DNA of 63,099 bases, counting the filler, from Octopus bimaculoides (lineage: Eukaryota): NCBI RefSeq assembly GCF_001194135.2. It is 5 parts of 4 records of this genome, joined end to end, with 100 filler letters (N's around TTAATTAATTAA, not from the genome) between each part and the next. Parts side by side here need not be neighbours in the genome. Positions count along the whole stretch, not along the records: positions 47,599 to 63,099 come from NC_068990.1; 4 more parts are not named here. One strand, written 5' to 3'. Shown here in pieces: positions 62,893 to 63,099 of the stretch. Within the stretch, counting starts at the first letter, position 1. Each line of letters begins with the position of its first letter. A model generated the notes under the pieces. That model did no database searches and was not told where the DNA came from. It saw nothing but the letters and a program-made list of their open reading frames with translations. A program made the translations under genes and the position numbers.

Positions 62893-63099
62893 CTTATATA
62901 TATATATTATTGCTTATATATATATATGTTTTGGTCTATATGTGTTATATGTATTTATATATATGTGTGTATTTATGTATATATGTGTATGTATGTTTTT
63001 ATTTATGTATATGCTTTTATTAGTGTTTATGTGTATATATGTGTGTATGTTGTGTGTATATACGTATATTATTTTGTATATTTGTATGTATATTTGTAT

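Overview
AT-rich eukaryotic animal genomic DNA from a gapped draft assembly, dense in microsatellites. The repeat families (tRNA-derived SINEs, RTE, R4/Dong-like, Penelope-like, Tc1/mariner, Helitron, Gypsy) resemble those of octopus or another cephalopod; this is an inference, not verified. Four N-flanked TTAATTAATTAA spacers suggest five joined segments, so adjacency across them is uncertain. Only one host coding exon is well supported: a 291-nt phase 1-1 immunoglobulin-domain exon at 44695-44985 (+). Most other identifiable sequence is decayed transposon. The most striking pattern is at least nine type I hammerhead ribozyme (HHR) motifs, mostly minimal, recognised by eye. They occur in Penelope-like 3' regions, in a triple alternating-orientation cassette and inside a tRNA-headed SINE. 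Several lie on elements whose 5' junction is a fold-back palindrome or an inverted copy of internal sequence. This suggests a Penelope-driven ribozyme system that includes a possible HHR-bearing SINE passenger. Long ORFs in the supplied track are artefacts of N runs or simple repeats.
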